A stretch of DNA of 64,000 nucleotides, from the NCBI RefSeq assembly GCF_018977255.1, contig NW_024704742.1:14386001-14450000 (forward strand), given 5' to 3'. Numbering within the stretch: the stretch's first letter is position 1; every line of letters starts with the position of its first letter. The stretch is from Callorhinchus milii (taxonomy: Eukaryota). This document shows positions 63,906 to 64,000 of the stretch, piece after piece. The notes under the pieces are model-generated. The model searched no databases. It was not told the DNA's origin and saw only the letters and a program-made list of their open reading frames with translations. The position numbers and the translations under genes are program-made.

Positions 63906-64000
63906 GCAGTGAACACTGTCCTGAGACACAGCAGTGAGCACTGTCCTGACACAGCAGTGAGCACTGCCCTGAGACACAGCAGTGAGCACTGCCCTGAGAC
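63906..64000. repeat. 25-bp minisatellite GCAGTGAGCACTGYCCTGAGACACA, at least 4 units, runs off the window
   Basis: Units start at 63906, 63931 (23 bp), 63954 and 63979. Confidence 0.9.

Noticed and set aside
63906..64000. CRISPR-like palindromic repeats
   Set aside because: Units are contiguous with no unique spacers, there are no cas genes, and the context is vertebrate.

Overview
AT-rich vertebrate genomic DNA. The L2/CR1 LINE and Deu-type SINE content suggests a cartilaginous fish, possibly a chimaera; this is inference only. Two spliced genes are present, and the ORF track misses or only partly catches both. (1) The first coding exon of PRSS12 (neurotrypsin; signal peptide plus kringle) is on the minus strand at 356..1 and runs off the left edge. 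(2) A complete 11-exon METTL14 gene (m6A writer scaffold subunit, 458 aa by my splicing) is on the plus strand at 15539..43941, transcribed divergently from PRSS12, with a CpG-rich promoter and a GC-AG intron 9. The rest is intronic or intergenic DNA dense in retroposons. These include 5'-truncated L2 and CR1 fragments, old Deu-type SINEs and many copies of a young tRNA(Ala)-headed SINE. That SINE appears modular: a CORE-like segment, a Deu-SINE-type 3' region, and a 3' stem-loop shared with the local L2, with compensatory base changes. An unclassified, partly inverted dispersed repeat also occurs at least three times. I see no prokaryotic features, no CRISPR array and no evidence of a novel protein-coding system. 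The best candidates for undescribed biology are the mosaic SINE/L2 pair and the unclassified repeat. Repeat boundaries were read by eye and are approximate.
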